Of a stretch of DNA of 64,000 nucleotides, positions 62,501 through 64,000 are shown one piece after another. A program made the position numbers and the translations under genes. Positions within the stretch are counted from its first letter, which is position 1, and the number at the start of each line of letters is the position of its first letter. The DNA is from Azolla caroliniana (Eukaryota; Plantae; Polypodiophyta). The notes beneath the pieces are model-generated. The model searched no databases. It saw only the letters and a program-made list of their open reading frames with translations, and was not told where the DNA came from. The stretch covers positions 7,254,001 to 7,318,000 of the forward strand of contig JBHGNT010000017.1 of assembly GCA_043228905.1 (NCBI GenBank). Reading direction: 5' to 3'.

Positions 62501-64000
62501 GCATAAGTATTGACATAACTACTGACAGGTACTTCAATGCTCAGACGAGCGCCTGACACTAACTACAAGACAATGTTAACCTAGTTGTCTAGGCTACTAC
62601 TAGGCTTTCGATTCCCGCTTGAATCCGGCTCTCCGATCCATCTCCCCGATCCGGCCGGTTGTTTCTGGATACCATCTGGATACCAATCCGACTCATCCTT
62701 CCAGATGCCGATCCGGATCCGTTTGATCTTGCTCGCTCAACACTCCCCCGCAAGCTCAACTTGAGGTCAGATCGTGGTGTTAGTGTCCGTGGCAGCCGGT
62801 TCTTCTACCCAGCTCCTTTTGGGATCACTCTGCCTTGCTTGCGCTCCTCGTCCGGTCCGATCCTGTTTGCCACGACCCTTTTGGTTCTGCGCACCTCGAC
62901 CTCCTCGGTCGGCTTGTCTACTCAACAAGACCATTTCATTTCCCTCGTTGTTGCGACTCCGGCGCTTGTCGACCCTTCCGTTCCTTCGTGTTGGCGTCGA
63001 CTTCCGCTGCGTCCGTGTCCGCTTGGCCTTTAGTTGATCCGGCTTCTCTGAATCTTGAACCGAATCCCGTTTCCTTTGATTCGTTCCAACTCTTGTCTGA
63101 ATCGGTCGCTCCCAATTTGTTCCGGCTCTTGTCTGAGTCGGTGTTCTCCAACTCTTCTTCCGGTTTCAGGCCCTTCACCATATTAGACCATGTCTGGGTC
63201 TTGGCCTTCTCCTTCTGGTCGGTGTTGTCCTTCTTGACTCTGCCGCCACTGCCGCTCGTTCCGACTTGTTCGGATGTGCAGACTTCCTTCGTTGACTCGG
63301 CTTCCTTTTTCCTCTTGTCTCCCCCCTTGGTTCTTCCTTCCTCTCCGATTCCTTGTCCGGTGCCATCACCAATGCCTTTGCCCGTTCCTGTTCTCCCCCT
63401 GAAGTGTGCCACGTAGAGATGTTGAACACCAAGCATTGCGGTGAAGTGCTGCAAACCTGTCGATGCATCTAAACATACCGAAGTTCGACTTCACTGCTCA
63501 AGACCCGCTCATGCACAAAGTGAGAATGCATTTCTATGTCGGCATCGGTATATCCGACTAGCTTCCCAACTATACTGTGTCGGTATAACAGTCTCCGATC
63601 CTTCGTGCCGCTAACTACACTAACTACCAGAGTATCTGGTGTGCACACTGAAGGTGCTCGACGGTCGGCTTCTGCATGAACTGGTAACTGATGTCGGGTC
63701 GAGTGATTGTCAAGTATATGAGGCTTCCGACAATTTGTCGGAACAGTTTCTCATCGCAAGCTGGTCCGAAGTCGAGACATAGCTTTAGGTTCTGTTCCAG
63801 GGGTGTAGAGATCGGTCAACATTCTGTCATGCCGAACTTTTACAACATATTGAACACATAATGTCGTTGTCATAACAATATGCCGTCGGGGGTTCGGATC
63901 ACCTCGATCCTGAGAAAATAACGAAGGTCCCCTAGGTCCTTCATTTCAAATGCATCCAACAATTGGGACATCACTAGGCCGATTTCAACGAGTCTGGGTC

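Larger units (their letters stand above)
36040..64000. repeat. Recent tandem segmental duplication: unit B ~36040-48852, unit C ~48853 to window end
   Basis: Near-identical collinear sequence at an offset of ~17.1-17.4 kb, which includes the C-specific 4.27-kb Copia insertion. Paired ORFs in the track include 37649/54742 and 43193/60620. Confidence 0.95.

Overview
Repeat-rich nuclear DNA of a land plant; the retroelement types suggest a seed-free plant such as a fern (inference). I can model two kinds of host gene. One is a spliced BPA1-like RRM gene (4213-5261, +). The other is a pair of near-identical 4-exon genes for a Pro-rich membrane protein of the misnamed 'RPL18a-like' family (36754-38065 and 53837-55158, -). 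These two lie in a tandem segmental array: units B (~36040-48852) and C (~48853 to the window end) are near-identical, and an older unit A (~28000-36030) has lost the gene. The rest is mostly transposable elements: a nest of LTR retrotransposons up to five levels deep (~7.1-26.7 kb), L1-like and RTE-like LINE fragments, several solo LTRs with target-site duplications (TSDs), and a young Copia element with TG...TA ends and an in-frame loss of the integrase core. There is also a young pol-less Gypsy-type element with a tRNA-Trp primer binding site (PBS), a 4-bp TSD, a Gag-plus-repeat ORF and a tRNA-type Pol III promoter in its LTR. The most unusual recurring signal is a set of tRNA-like A-box/B-box modules, found in LTRs, in tandem arrays, and as ~200-bp convergent double-headed units between (GA)n tracts. 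All coordinates and comparisons were read by eye.
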